This document shows positions 9,732-17,530 of a stretch of DNA of 64,000 nucleotides, one piece after another; the stretch's first letter is position 1; each line of letters opens with the position of its first letter. The stretch comes from a virus. Lineage: Duplodnaviria; Caudoviricetes. The translations under genes were made by a program, and so were the position numbers. The notes under the pieces were generated by a model. It ran no database searches and had not been told where the DNA came from. It was given only the letters and a program-made list of their open reading frames with translations. The stretch lies in IMG/VR virus record IMGVR_UViG_3300027969_000040; one strand, written 5' to 3'.

Positions 9732-10268
9732 TTATTTCCAGTCTTTAAACAAATTACGATTGTCTATTGCATCTCTTAATGCACGATTAACAAATTCATT
9801 AAAGGTAATATCCATTTCGTGCGCCAGACGGGCATATTTTACAAACTCCTCGTCTGTTATATCAATTTCCATCATGACATGAGTATCGTAATCTTGCCCT
9901 GCAACAATAGCCAATGCTTTTTGTATAAAGTCGTCATCTACATCAAGATCTACAAATTCAATAGGTTTACCTGCATCATCTTCCCATGCCATATCTGTGA
10001 CACCTCGAGATTTCATCTCAGCATCATGAGCATCCTTGTATTCAGAATTGATCATGCGGTAAGCACGATTATATCTAAAGTCGTGTGCTTCTACCATGTA
10101 TGGTACCTGAGTCTTTGTATCAAAAGTAATAGTTAAACTATGACCATTATGATCCCCATTCCAGGAATCCAATGAATATGCATCAGTTCCAAAACAACTC
10201 CAACCGTATGTGCTACCTTCTGTAACACGGTAGTCGACTATCTCCATCCAATCTTTTAACGTAATCAT
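9732..10268 (-). CDS. Hypothetical protein with possible C-terminal ribbon-helix-helix domain
   Basis: C-terminal MEIDITDEEFVKYARLAHEMDITFNEFVNRAL has an RHH-like strand-helix-helix pattern. Confidence 0.55.
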   Translation of the reverse strand: MITLKDWMEIVDYRVTEGSTYGWSCFGTDAYSLDSWNGDHNGHSLTITFDTKTQVPYMVEAHDFRYNRAYRMINSEYKDAHDAEMKSRGVTDMAWEDDAGKPIEFVDLDVDDDFIQKALAIVAGQDYDTHVMMEIDITDEEFVKYARLAHEMDITFNEFVNRALRDAIDNRNLFKDWK

Positions 10269-10738
10269 GATTTATGTTCCTTAGTTAATTCACACAATAA
10301 AATAAAATGCTCATATGCAGCTTTCACTGCTGGATTTGAGTATAACACATCTGCTTCCTTTTGTAAAGCCTTTATGCCTGCTTCGGCAATATTGTGTGAA
10401 CTGCCGTAACTTAGTGGGCATAGTTCATCACCAAACTCTTTTGCTAGTTTTTTCCATGCCTTGCGTTGCCCTTCTGTTATCGGAGTTCGCACAGGTTTCA
10501 GTTCACTAGCCTTGTGCATAGCCTGAATCATAGCATCTTCGGCTACACGACTAGCAGCAATTAGTCCGGCGTAGTCTGGGTTGATGTTAAATTTGCGGGA
10601 CTGTCCATCAGGATACACCATCAAAAGGTGTGTACCTTTACCAAAACTATCCATCCAGTCGCTGTTGTATTCAGCAACAGGCACATACCGCCTGCCCACT
10701 TTTTCATAGTATATCTTCTTGGTCATTGTGTAATCCAT
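10265..10738 (-). CDS. Hypothetical protein
   Basis: 157-aa ORF; start may be slightly downstream (MTKKIYY). Confidence 0.65.
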   Translation of the reverse strand: MDYTMTKKIYYEKVGRRYVPVAEYNSDWMDSFGKGTHLLMVYPDGQSRKFNINPDYAGLIAASRVAEDAMIQAMHKASELKPVRTPITEGQRKAWKKLAKEFGDELCPLSYGSSHNIAEAGIKALQKEADVLYSNPAVKAAYEHFILLCELTKEHKS

Positions 10739-11009
10739 TGCTACGTTTATCGGTTGTATGTTCTACGTCTTGATTAAATTTTCGTTCTTTAATTGTTTTT
10801 TCACCAAATACTTTTTCACTGTGGCAAATTATACATTTTGGGTTACCACAATCTAATACATGATGCTTGTTTAATCTATTCGGCTCGTTAATATATTTTG
10901 TATGGCCCATATGCCCCAATTCTTTAGCAATTTTTAATTGCTTATTGATGGCATTGTCATCTTTGAGCAGGCGTTTACTACGTTTGAATTTATCTTCTTC
11001 AGTGCTCAT
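10704..11009 (-). CDS. Hypothetical protein with Cys/His cluster
   Basis: HHVLDCGNPKCIICH, possible zinc site. Confidence 0.65.
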   Translation of the reverse strand: MSTEEDKFKRSKRLLKDDNAINKQLKIAKELGHMGHTKYINEPNRLNKHHVLDCGNPKCIICHSEKVFGEKTIKERKFNQDVEHTTDKRSNGLHNDQEDIL

Positions 11010-11287
11010 TCTTCAACTCCAAAATGTTTCAATAAATTGTTACCCGAAAGATATTGCTCTACTCGTTTAACTGTATCTAAACAAATATCATCAAACCCAT
11101 CATGTTCTTCAGTATCAACAATAACACCCAACAACTCGTAGGATTGTTTTTTATTAAGTATAACACATTCTTGCAGAATTAACTCAACAAACTTTTCTAA
11201 ACTATATTCCCACTTGGCTCTATCCAGGCCAAGACCGTAGACATCAAGATGACTTTCTCTTTCAAAGTCTTTAATTCGTTCGTTCAT
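11006..11287 (-). CDS. Paralog-array protein (MNERIK...KHFGVEE)
   Basis: 93 aa; termini shared with neighbours. Confidence 0.75.
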   Translation of the reverse strand: MNERIKDFERESHLDVYGLGLDRAKWEYSLEKFVELILQECVILNKKQSYELLGVIVDTEEHDGFDDICLDTVKRVEQYLSGNNLLKHFGVEE

Positions 11288-11529
11288 TCTTCAACTCCGA
11301 AATGTTTTAGTATATTCTGCTCACAATGAACAGGTATGTACGTTACTGAATCTTGAACCCAATGTCTTTCTGGAGTATGCGGTAGAGTTTTAGCAACCAA
11401 CGCACATTCTTTCACAATCAACAGGGCGAACCGTTCAATTGCTTCTTGTTCGTAGGTGCCTAACTCATCCCAACAACCACTTGCTGTTAGACCTGCTTGA
11501 TATAATAGGTCTTCATATTTTTGGTTCAT
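11284..11529 (-). CDS. Paralog-array protein
   Basis: 81 aa; last 41 aa identical to 11965-12189. Confidence 0.75.
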   Translation of the reverse strand: MNQKYEDLLYQAGLTASGCWDELGTYEQEAIERFALLIVKECALVAKTLPHTPERHWVQDSVTYIPVHCEQNILKHFGVEE

Positions 11530-11744
11530 TCTAAAACTCCATATTCTGCTTGAAGGTCGTACAATGCTTTGCGTACCTTTACTGCAACTGGTTTATACTT
11601 ATCAGGATGTATGGGATGATAAGTGTATTCCATACCCGCCCATGTCTTGCTACCTGTCAATAGTCGATCAACCTCTGCTAGAATTTCAAATCTAGGATCA
11701 TTCCACATCTTGACGACATTATCAGGTACGATTGGTGTGTTCAT
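11526..11744 (-). CDS. Hypothetical protein within the array (ends YGVLE)
   Basis: 72 aa; degenerate junction motif. Confidence 0.65.
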   Translation of the reverse strand: MNTPIVPDNVVKMWNDPRFEILAEVDRLLTGSKTWAGMEYTYHPIHPDKYKPVAVKVRKALYDLQAEYGVLE

Positions 11745-11746
11745 TT

Positions 11747-11968
11747 TTAAGGATAATAATATGGTTCTGCACTACGATAGACCTCAACGGTGTCTAACAT
11801 ATTTTTTGCTCGGTCAATAGCCATTCTCTTGGCCGTTTCATTATTATTATGATTATTTACGGGATATGCCTGATCAAACTGCCAAATCAAGAAATTTTTA
11901 TAATACACATCATAGCATTGTAGATGGGCGTCATATATTACTTTGGTCTGTTTGAATAGTCTTTTCAT
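11747..11968 (-). CDS. Hypothetical protein within the array
   Basis: 73 aa; ATGA overlap. Confidence 0.6.
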   Translation of the reverse strand: MKRLFKQTKVIYDAHLQCYDVYYKNFLIWQFDQAYPVNNHNNNETAKRMAIDRAKNMLDTVEVYRSAEPYYYP

Positions 11969-12189
11969 TCTTCAACTCCAAAATGTTTTAAGATATTCTG
12001 CTCACAATGAACAGGAATATATGTTACTGAATCTTGAACCCAATGTCTTTCTGGGGTATGCGGTAGAGTTTTAGCAACTAAAGCACATTCCCGCACAATC
12101 AACTCGGCGAACTTTTCACACCATTTATCGAATGGCATGGATAAAGGAACACCTGTTTGTTCCATCAGTTCTTTAATTCGTTCGTTCAT
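11965..12189 (-). CDS. Paralog-array protein
   Basis: 74 aa from MNERIKELMEQ; ATGA overlap with the upstream stop. Confidence 0.75.
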   Translation of the reverse strand: MNERIKELMEQTGVPLSMPFDKWCEKFAELIVRECALVAKTLPHTPERHWVQDSVTYIPVHCEQNILKHFGVEE

Positions 12190-12452
12190 TCCGTTTTTCC
12201 TCTTCTTCTGATTGCTGCTTGCAATGCACAAAAATCGTCATGTGCTTTACGGGTTGTCTCTGCGTGTTTGTTGCTATGGCAATGAATAGACCACCACTTT
12301 CGTGCAAATTCTTCAACCTCCCTAGCACACTCCTCTATAATCAACTCGGCGAACTTTTGTTGAATTCTTTCTCCGTCCGGAATAGCATTTGGATATTGCT
12401 CCATATCCAATCTACAAGCCCGATTATGTAATTCTCGAATTCGTTCGTTCAT
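12186..12452 (-). CDS. Paralog-array protein
   Basis: MNERIREL...KFAELIIEEC. Confidence 0.75.
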   Translation of the reverse strand: MNERIRELHNRACRLDMEQYPNAIPDGERIQQKFAELIIEECAREVEEFARKWWSIHCHSNKHAETTRKAHDDFCALQAAIRRRGKTE

Positions 12453-12685
12453 TCTTCAACTCCGAAATGTTTCTTTACATCTTCAACACATCGGCGCACT
12501 TCCATGTCTTCACGATTTAAGTCACCCATGAATCGTCGTTGCACTACAGCAATGGCTTCTGCCACAATCAACTCAGCAGTACGATTTTGAATCTCTTTGA
12601 TCTTGTCGTAGCCCAACTTAGTCCAAGTCTCGGGCACTATCTCATCTAAGACCTGTCCTGTAATTTGTTTAATTCGTTGGTTCAT
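12449..12685 (-). CDS. Paralog-array protein
   Basis: MNQRIKQ...KKHFGVEE. Confidence 0.75.
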   Translation of the reverse strand: MNQRIKQITGQVLDEIVPETWTKLGYDKIKEIQNRTAELIVAEAIAVVQRRFMGDLNREDMEVRRCVEDVKKHFGVEE

Positions 12686-12693
12686 ATCATTCC

Positions 12694-13089
12694 TTAATAC
12701 AAAATAGGTTCTTCCGTGGACTCATCTTTTAGAATCATCCAGACTTCTTGTTTTTCAGTATATATAATATTGTGATTCTCTAATACCCTACGTCGATCAT
12801 CCGCAGTCAACTTAGTCCAATGTTTGACAGCAAGGTAACTGCCATACGACTCAATGGGCATAGTATCACGCATCCAGCCAACCAGTGCCTTAAATGCTTC
12901 CACGGTGTTGACTGGATGACTTGAGGTCATAGCCTGCATAAAGTCATTGGCTAATACTGCACGAAAACAACTACCAGGATCGTACCCATAGACCAAATAG
13001 TTAGACATAGTATCAGCAAAGTCTTTAGGAACATTCCAACTGGCGAATGTTTCGTACAACCGATTTCTACTATAAACAGTTATATCCAT
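12694..13089 (-). CDS. Hypothetical protein
   Basis: 131-aa ORF. Confidence 0.65.
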   Translation of the reverse strand: MDITVYSRNRLYETFASWNVPKDFADTMSNYLVYGYDPGSCFRAVLANDFMQAMTSSHPVNTVEAFKALVGWMRDTMPIESYGSYLAVKHWTKLTADDRRRVLENHNIIYTEKQEVWMILKDESTEEPILY

Positions 13090-13096
13090 ATATTAA

Positions 13097-13246
13097 TTAC
13101 CCAATGAGATCGTTAATACAAAAATTCTCTACTGCACCTAAAACCAAGTCAATTGGCACTTGAAGTTCTTGAGCAATAGCATGAGTACTAAAGCCAGCTT
13201 CGTATAGCTCTTGTATTTCGTAATAGATTTCTTTCATCTTGCTCAT
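13097..13246 (-). CDS. Small helix-turn-helix protein (49 aa, absent from the ORF track)
   Basis: MSKMKEIYYEIQELYEAGFSTHAIAQELQVPIDLV...; ATGA overlap; fills the gap exactly. Confidence 0.65.
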   Translation of the reverse strand: MSKMKEIYYEIQELYEAGFSTHAIAQELQVPIDLVLGAVENFCINDLIG

Positions 13247-13710
13247 GCTGTTTCTTTTTCTAGTGCTTCTGTCAATAGTGTCAAACGCTTGCTCAAAGGC
13301 GTGCTTGTGTATGTGTCACCACAATACCAAACACCGTCCTTGATAATGTAGTAGTACTCAGCACCACAGCCGTCTGCTTGCTCCAGGAACTCTTCGAAGG
13401 TGTGTGCTACTTTGAACTCAGTACCAGTCTCGCCGCGGTCACGTGCGTAGAACGTGCAGTAGCCTGCTTCTTTGGCTGCTTCGTATGCCAACTTGTCTAA
13501 TTCGCTAGTGTGTGGGCTGAACGGATGTGCTTCACCAATTACCCGGCCCAACGAACTCATGTCGCCTAATGCTACGAGGTTGTTGGCTCGAGCACTATCG
13601 TAATGCTCTTGGAGGATTGCTCCGTTGTGTGCGAGATAGCCATCCCAGTGGCAATAAACGCTTTTGACCTTGTCACCGTGCATGACTCCAATGCGTGAAC
13701 GTGTTCCCAT
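13243..13710 (-). CDS. Phage hypothetical protein (YCHWDGY motif)
   Basis: 155 aa; GGAG RBS. Confidence 0.75.
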   Translation of the reverse strand: MGTRSRIGVMHGDKVKSVYCHWDGYLAHNGAILQEHYDSARANNLVALGDMSSLGRVIGEAHPFSPHTSELDKLAYEAAKEAGYCTFYARDRGETGTEFKVAHTFEEFLEQADGCGAEYYYIIKDGVWYCGDTYTSTPLSKRLTLLTEALEKETA

Positions 13711-13711
13711 A

Positions 13712-13984
13712 TTATTCTCCAGTGTAGAATTCGTACATCTTAACCTGTGGATCCAATGCTGTCAACTGCACAGCCGCTTCACGCAGAGACTTGTAACGAC
13801 GTTGAATTTCTGCACGGGGTAGTTCGCCGTCGCAGCTCAAGTTCTCGGGGCTTAGGTCTGCGTCTAGTGCATCAGCGATGCGTTGGCGACCTTTAGTACT
13901 TTGGAATTCAAACTGCTCGCCTTTGAAGATGGCGTTCCAACGATTCTTCTGATCTACATAGGCTGTGAGTGCGGAAACTTTCAT
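13712..13984 (-). CDS. Hypothetical early protein
   Basis: First gene after a consensus promoter; GGAG RBS. Confidence 0.7.
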   Translation of the reverse strand: MKVSALTAYVDQKNRWNAIFKGEQFEFQSTKGRQRIADALDADLSPENLSCDGELPRAEIQRRYKSLREAAVQLTALDPQVKMYEFYTGE

Positions 13985-14011
13985 CGTGTGCTCCAGTGTG
14001 TGTAAGTGTAT

Positions 14012-14040
14012 ATTATAACGTATTTCGAGCTAGCTGTCAA
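14012..14040 (-). promoter_or_regulatory. Sigma70-type early promoter
   Basis: TTGACA-17-TATAAT. Confidence 0.85.
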
Positions 14041-14045
14041 CCGTT

Positions 14046-14378
14046 TTATGCTCGCATAATTCTGTAAGAAATGTCGCCATCTTTGTTAACAGATTTAGAA
14101 ATTCCTTGCAGTTCGTAGTCTGCTTCCAGCAGAGCAAGATTACGTACATCGCGCACTTGAGGTTCTTCGATGTGAACCGTGATCCACTTTTTACGGAAGT
14201 TGATGTGAATAGCGCGGCTGTGATAGCAAAGTTCGAGTCCTAATTTAACTCGTTCTGCCTTTAGCTTCTGCGCATCAGAATAGGTGGTGCTGGCTGCATA
14301 GCTTTTGATAGCTGCATCGCGGGCGGCGCCCCAAGCATAAAAACCTGCACGTTTAGTTTCAGTTTCACGGACTTGCAT
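14046..14378 (-). CDS. Hypothetical early protein
   Basis: 110 aa; AAGGAG RBS; directly after a promoter. Confidence 0.7.
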   Translation of the reverse strand: MQVRETETKRAGFYAWGAARDAAIKSYAASTTYSDAQKLKAERVKLGLELCYHSRAIHINFRKKWITVHIEEPQVRDVRNLALLEADYELQGISKSVNKDGDISYRIMRA

Positions 14379-14407
14379 AACGACTCCTTTTTGCTGTTTA
14401 AGTATGT

Positions 14408-14436
14408 ATTATACAGCGGTTTTGCCCGTTTGTCAA
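14408..14436 (-). promoter_or_regulatory. Sigma70-type early promoter
   Basis: TTGACA-17-TATAAT. Confidence 0.85.
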
Positions 14437-14466
14437 CCAAAAAATTGCAGAAAATTGCAGGAAAAA

Positions 14467-14484
14467 TGTGGTATTTTTGCCACA
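14467..14484. promoter_or_regulatory. Putative operator palindrome
   Basis: TGTGGT-N6-GCCACA. Confidence 0.5.
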
Positions 14485-14497
14485 CTTTTCCTTCTTT

Positions 14498-14662
14498 TTA
14501 CTGGGTTTTGACGCTTTGTTGATAGCGATATTCTCGCCGTAACCACCACTTATATTTGCCAAAATACTCCTGTAGGGTTAGACGAGGTTGCCCCCAACCA
14601 TCGTGCTCGTCGCAGTTTTCACGCCACAAATCTTGCAACCAGGTACTAAAGGGCTTAGTCAT
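14498..14662 (-). CDS. Hypothetical protein (54 aa)
   Basis: Start moved to MTKPF; AAGGA RBS. Confidence 0.6.
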   Translation of the reverse strand: MTKPFSTWLQDLWRENCDEHDGWGQPRLTLQEYFGKYKWWLRREYRYQQSVKTQ

Positions 14663-14663
14663 A

Positions 14664-14882
14664 TTAATCCTTCTTAGTGATTGGGGTGGCTTTGAACAGG
14701 ACGCCAAATAGGAACTGGATACCCCAAGCCTGTAGCCATGTGACTTCTTTAACACCGTCGATAGCACCCACCAAGCATCCATTCCACAGCATCATTACTG
14801 GCCAACTTAGGACAAAGGATAGGAATACCAGTGTAGCGATCCCTGCCACGATTGCACCTAGTGCCATGAGTCCTTCTTTCAT
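14664..14882 (-). CDS. Small membrane protein
   Basis: 72 aa with two hydrophobic stretches. Confidence 0.65.
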   Translation of the reverse strand: MKEGLMALGAIVAGIATLVFLSFVLSWPVMMLWNGCLVGAIDGVKEVTWLQAWGIQFLFGVLFKATPITKKD

Positions 14883-14883
14883 A

Positions 14884-15108
14884 TTATGCTCCTAGTCTAA
14901 ATTGTTTCAACGTATCTTTTGCTTCATCGACTCCTGCAATTTCATCAGCAAAAGCCATTACCATTAAATCAATCAGAGTTCGGCACTCGCGCTGATCTTT
15001 TTTAGGCAAGGTAGCAATAAATGCCTCAACTGCATCATGCGCTTCGAGCTCCCACATGATATCACATAAGGTACGCTGTTTAGCAGTTAGTCCTGTTAGT
15101 GTGATCAT
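14884..15108 (-). CDS. Hypothetical protein
   Basis: 74 aa; tiles the operon. Confidence 0.6.
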   Translation of the reverse strand: MITLTGLTAKQRTLCDIMWELEAHDAVEAFIATLPKKDQRECRTLIDLMVMAFADEIAGVDEAKDTLKQFRLGA

Positions 15109-15257
15109 TTATTTTTCTTGTTCCTGGATTCCTGAACTGCCAACTTGCCCGAATACAAACCATTCTTAGCAGTATGAATCAGACCAAGATACTTTCCATC
15201 CTTGTCATAGTTATATGTGATAATGCCGCCGCTGCTGGAAACTTTAGTTGATTTCAT
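15105..15257 (-). CDS. Hypothetical protein (50 aa, absent from the ORF track)
   Basis: MKSTKVSSSGGIITY...; AAGGA RBS; ATGA overlap. Confidence 0.55.
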   Translation of the reverse strand: MKSTKVSSSGGIITYNYDKDGKYLGLIHTAKNGLYSGKLAVQESRNKKNK

Positions 15258-15259
15258 TT

Positions 15260-15367
15260 TTAATCCTTTACGTTACGTTTAACAGAAAAACCTTCAGACT
15301 TGTATGCGTCAACTTCGTCGGCTTCGCAAGTGAACAAAAACAAATCACCATCCCACACTTGAAACAT
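15260..15367 (-). CDS. Small hypothetical protein (35 aa, absent from the ORF track)
   Basis: MFQVWDGDLFLFTCEADEV...; strong AAGGAG RBS. Confidence 0.55.
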   Translation of the reverse strand: MFQVWDGDLFLFTCEADEVDAYKSEGFSVKRNVKD

Positions 15368-15437
15368 AATCAACTCCTTTTAAAATTTATCGGAAGGGAC
15401 TTATTGACATTGCCCTTACGCACACTGCGGGGTTAGC

Positions 15438-16460
15438 TTATGCCGCTGGCTTCATACATGTAGTCTGTGCTAGTGACTTCCAACGCAACGGAAAGCTCTT
15501 ACGCAAGTCGGCAATTTTAGTTGCCATACGCAAGCTCATTTCGCGCAGTTTCATCTTGTTCTCGTCCATGAAGTCAACGATCTCATCTTGAGCGCATTGG
15601 TCGAACTCGTATCCGTCAAACAAATCACCAGTGCGAGCAATCTGCTTAATACGCAACACTTTGTCACGCATGGTATCTAGTGTCAGATCCAAGTAATGGC
15701 AACGTGACTGCAAAGCATCCAAGTGATCCCGCAGTTTCTGCGATTTCATCTTGTCAAACTTCAAATTGGTAATAAAGATTACGCTACCTTTAAACTCGAA
15801 TTGATCTGGGATGCCCTCACGACGCAAAGTGCTGGACTCTGCCAACCAGCTAATCTTACGTTTCTTGCCAGAGTCGAGAGCACCTTTCAACAAGTTCAAG
15901 GCAACGTCATCGAGCAGAATGCTATCGCAATCGTCAAATACAACCATGCAATTGGCATCACTATACTTGTAAAGAGTTTGATACAGTCCGATAGGAGTAG
16001 CAGAACCTTTAACGACTTCTGCACGAAGACGCTTGCCGCTGATCTGATCTAGTAGACATGCTTTTTCAACTTCTTGCTCGACGCTATAGCTCTTGCCGAC
16101 ACCGGGCGGGCCCGATACAATCATAGCACGGATGTCGCCGCTGATAGCAGCCTTAGTCATATCTGTCAGAATTTCAAAACGCTCTGCAATTTCTTCTATG
16201 CGTTCTTCGTCGGTCTTGGTGCTAACAACCTCTGTCTCAACTTGAGCAAGTTCAGTGCCAGAGACAAATTCGTAGTCAGTGGGTCCGTTAACTTTGACAC
16301 GAATTTCTTCAGGGAAACCAGGAAAGTTTCCATCATTCTTGACAGTAACATAGCCACCTTTAGGTGTACTACGATATTGCTCAACTAGTGTAAACGACAT
16401 GCCGTTTACTTTCTTAGCACGATAGGTTCCGGACGTGATACGAATAGTTGCTGTTGACAT
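15438..16460 (-). CDS. AAA+ P-loop ATPase
   Basis: Walker A GPPGVGKS, Walker B VVFDDCD, sensor FITN, arginine-finger-like SRC. Confidence 0.85.
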   Translation of the reverse strand: MSTATIRITSGTYRAKKVNGMSFTLVEQYRSTPKGGYVTVKNDGNFPGFPEEIRVKVNGPTDYEFVSGTELAQVETEVVSTKTDEERIEEIAERFEILTDMTKAAISGDIRAMIVSGPPGVGKSYSVEQEVEKACLLDQISGKRLRAEVVKGSATPIGLYQTLYKYSDANCMVVFDDCDSILLDDVALNLLKGALDSGKKRKISWLAESSTLRREGIPDQFEFKGSVIFITNLKFDKMKSQKLRDHLDALQSRCHYLDLTLDTMRDKVLRIKQIARTGDLFDGYEFDQCAQDEIVDFMDENKMKLREMSLRMATKIADLRKSFPLRWKSLAQTTCMKPAA

Positions 16461-16491
16461 TAAAACTCCTGTTTTGTGTGTGTAAGTAAGT

Positions 16492-16520
16492 ATTATACAT
16501 AGAAACGACTAACTTGTCAA
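16492..16520 (-). promoter_or_regulatory. Sigma70-type early promoter
   Basis: TTGACA-17-TATAAT. Confidence 0.85.
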
Positions 16521-16529
16521 CCGTTTTTT

Positions 16530-16547
16530 TGTTGTATAAAAACCACA
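16530..16547. promoter_or_regulatory. Putative operator palindrome
   Basis: TGTTGT-N6-ACCACA, 9 bp upstream of the -35. Confidence 0.55.
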
Positions 16548-16590
16548 TTTTCTAGCAGTATTACAACGAAGTCCTGCTGCTAAAACACTA

Positions 16591-16619
16591 ATTATAGTGT
16601 CAATTTGGGATGTTGTCAA
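16591..16619 (-). promoter_or_regulatory. Sigma70-type early promoter, tandem to 16492-16520
   Basis: TTGACA-17-TATAAT. Confidence 0.8.
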
Positions 16620-16627
16620 CCGTTTTT

Positions 16628-16645
16628 TGTTGTTTTTTTACAACA
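16628..16645. promoter_or_regulatory. Putative operator palindrome
   Basis: TGTTGT-N6-ACAACA, 8 bp upstream of the -35. Confidence 0.6.
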
Positions 16646-16651
16646 AAATGC

Positions 16652-16855
16652 CTATTTCCAGTCGTCCTCGTTCCTAAAATCCATATGTGGCCATATGTTA
16701 TTATCAAAGATTTGGGCCATTTTGTCCCATAATGCTTTACGTTCCGATCCCGTCATTCCTGCTACAAAGGCAGCATCGTCGGGATGTCGATCTAGTTCGT
16801 AGTCGTGCCTGTAAGTCATGCACATATTTCGAATAATGTGTTCGCGTATAATCAT
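16652..16855 (-). CDS. Hypothetical protein
   Basis: Start moved to MIIREH; ATGA overlap. Confidence 0.6.
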   Translation of the reverse strand: MIIREHIIRNMCMTYRHDYELDRHPDDAAFVAGMTGSERKALWDKMAQIFDNNIWPHMDFRNEDDWK

Positions 16856-17103
16856 ACTATCTCCTCTACCACTCCTAGTATTTCTGCTAATATAAGTAAC
16901 CACCCGCAAACGGCTAGTGATCCCATAATAAGTGCAGAGCCTGCGGCAATACGCACCGCACTCTTTACAACACTAACATAGAAATGACCTTGACTGGTAT
17001 CCTTGGGCTGAATATTAATTAATGGTGTAGCATGCGGACAGCGCCCTTGATTAAATTCACAATTGGGATTAATTTCTTGATTGCAAGTAAAACATTTTGT
17101 CAT
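16852..17103 (-). CDS. Small protein with Cys cluster and C-terminal membrane segment
   Basis: CFTC...C...C followed by a hydrophobic C-terminus. Confidence 0.6.
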   Translation of the reverse strand: MTKCFTCNQEINPNCEFNQGRCPHATPLINIQPKDTSQGHFYVSVVKSAVRIAAGSALIMGSLAVCGWLLILAEILGVVEEIV

Positions 17104-17114
17104 AGTAATTGTAT

Positions 17115-17444
17115 TTAAGAAGCAGGAGCAGATGCTGTATGCTTGCATGCCCCTCTAAAACTAAACCCAGGACATGAACAGGCCCATTTACCATCATTAC
17201 GGGTTAGAGTATATACTGCGCCTTTGCTGCCGTTTACTTGTATTGAGTCTTCTGTTTTAACTGTTTTCAATACAGTGAAACTACGGCCTCGGCGATCAAA
17301 GGCAATTGGTTTTTTGAATGTAATTTTATCATTGGTTCCTACTGGAATGTAGGAAACCATTTTACTCATAGAGTCATCAACGTAATAAACGTGATTAGGA
17401 ATAGACGGATCTTTCCAGGCTGTTGTTTCTTGAATAACTTTCAT
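17115..17444 (-). CDS. SWIM zinc-finger protein
   Basis: CSCPGFSFRGACKH. Confidence 0.8.
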   Translation of the reverse strand: MKVIQETTAWKDPSIPNHVYYVDDSMSKMVSYIPVGTNDKITFKKPIAFDRRGRSFTVLKTVKTEDSIQVNGSKGAVYTLTRNDGKWACSCPGFSFRGACKHTASAPAS

Positions 17445-17472
17445 ACAAAGTCCAAAGTTTATTACAGCCCGT

Positions 17473-17501
17473 ATTTTACTAGATTATTGATATGTTGTCA
17501 A
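17473..17501 (-). promoter_or_regulatory. Sigma70-type early promoter
   Basis: TTGACA-17-TAAAAT. Confidence 0.75.
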
Positions 17502-17510
17502 CTAGTATTT

Positions 17511-17528
17511 TGTTGTAAATTTACAACA
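17511..17528. promoter_or_regulatory. Perfect 18-bp palindrome, putative operator
   Basis: TGTTGTAAATTTACAACA, 9 bp upstream of the -35. Confidence 0.6.
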
Positions 17529-17530
17529 TT

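Noticed and set aside
11284-12090. Near-identical repeat pair as a DGR template/variable repeat
   Set aside because: Differences are synonymous and not adenine-specific, both copies are coding, and no reverse transcriptase is present in the window.
11006-12472. Repeated 24-bp junction as a CRISPR array
   Set aside because: Spacings are irregular (about 220-440 bp), the intervening sequences are intact genes, and no cas genes are present.
14441-14460. Tandem 10-bp duplication aaaattgcag x2
   Set aside because: Only two copies; it is at most a spacer change that shifts the operator by one helical turn.
14467-17528. Palindrome as a CRP, FNR, NtcA or LexA site
   Set aside because: Half-sites and spacing do not match TGTGA-N6-TCACA, TTGAT-N4-ATCAA, GTA-N8-TAC or CTGT-N8-ACAG. 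Another host factor is not excluded.
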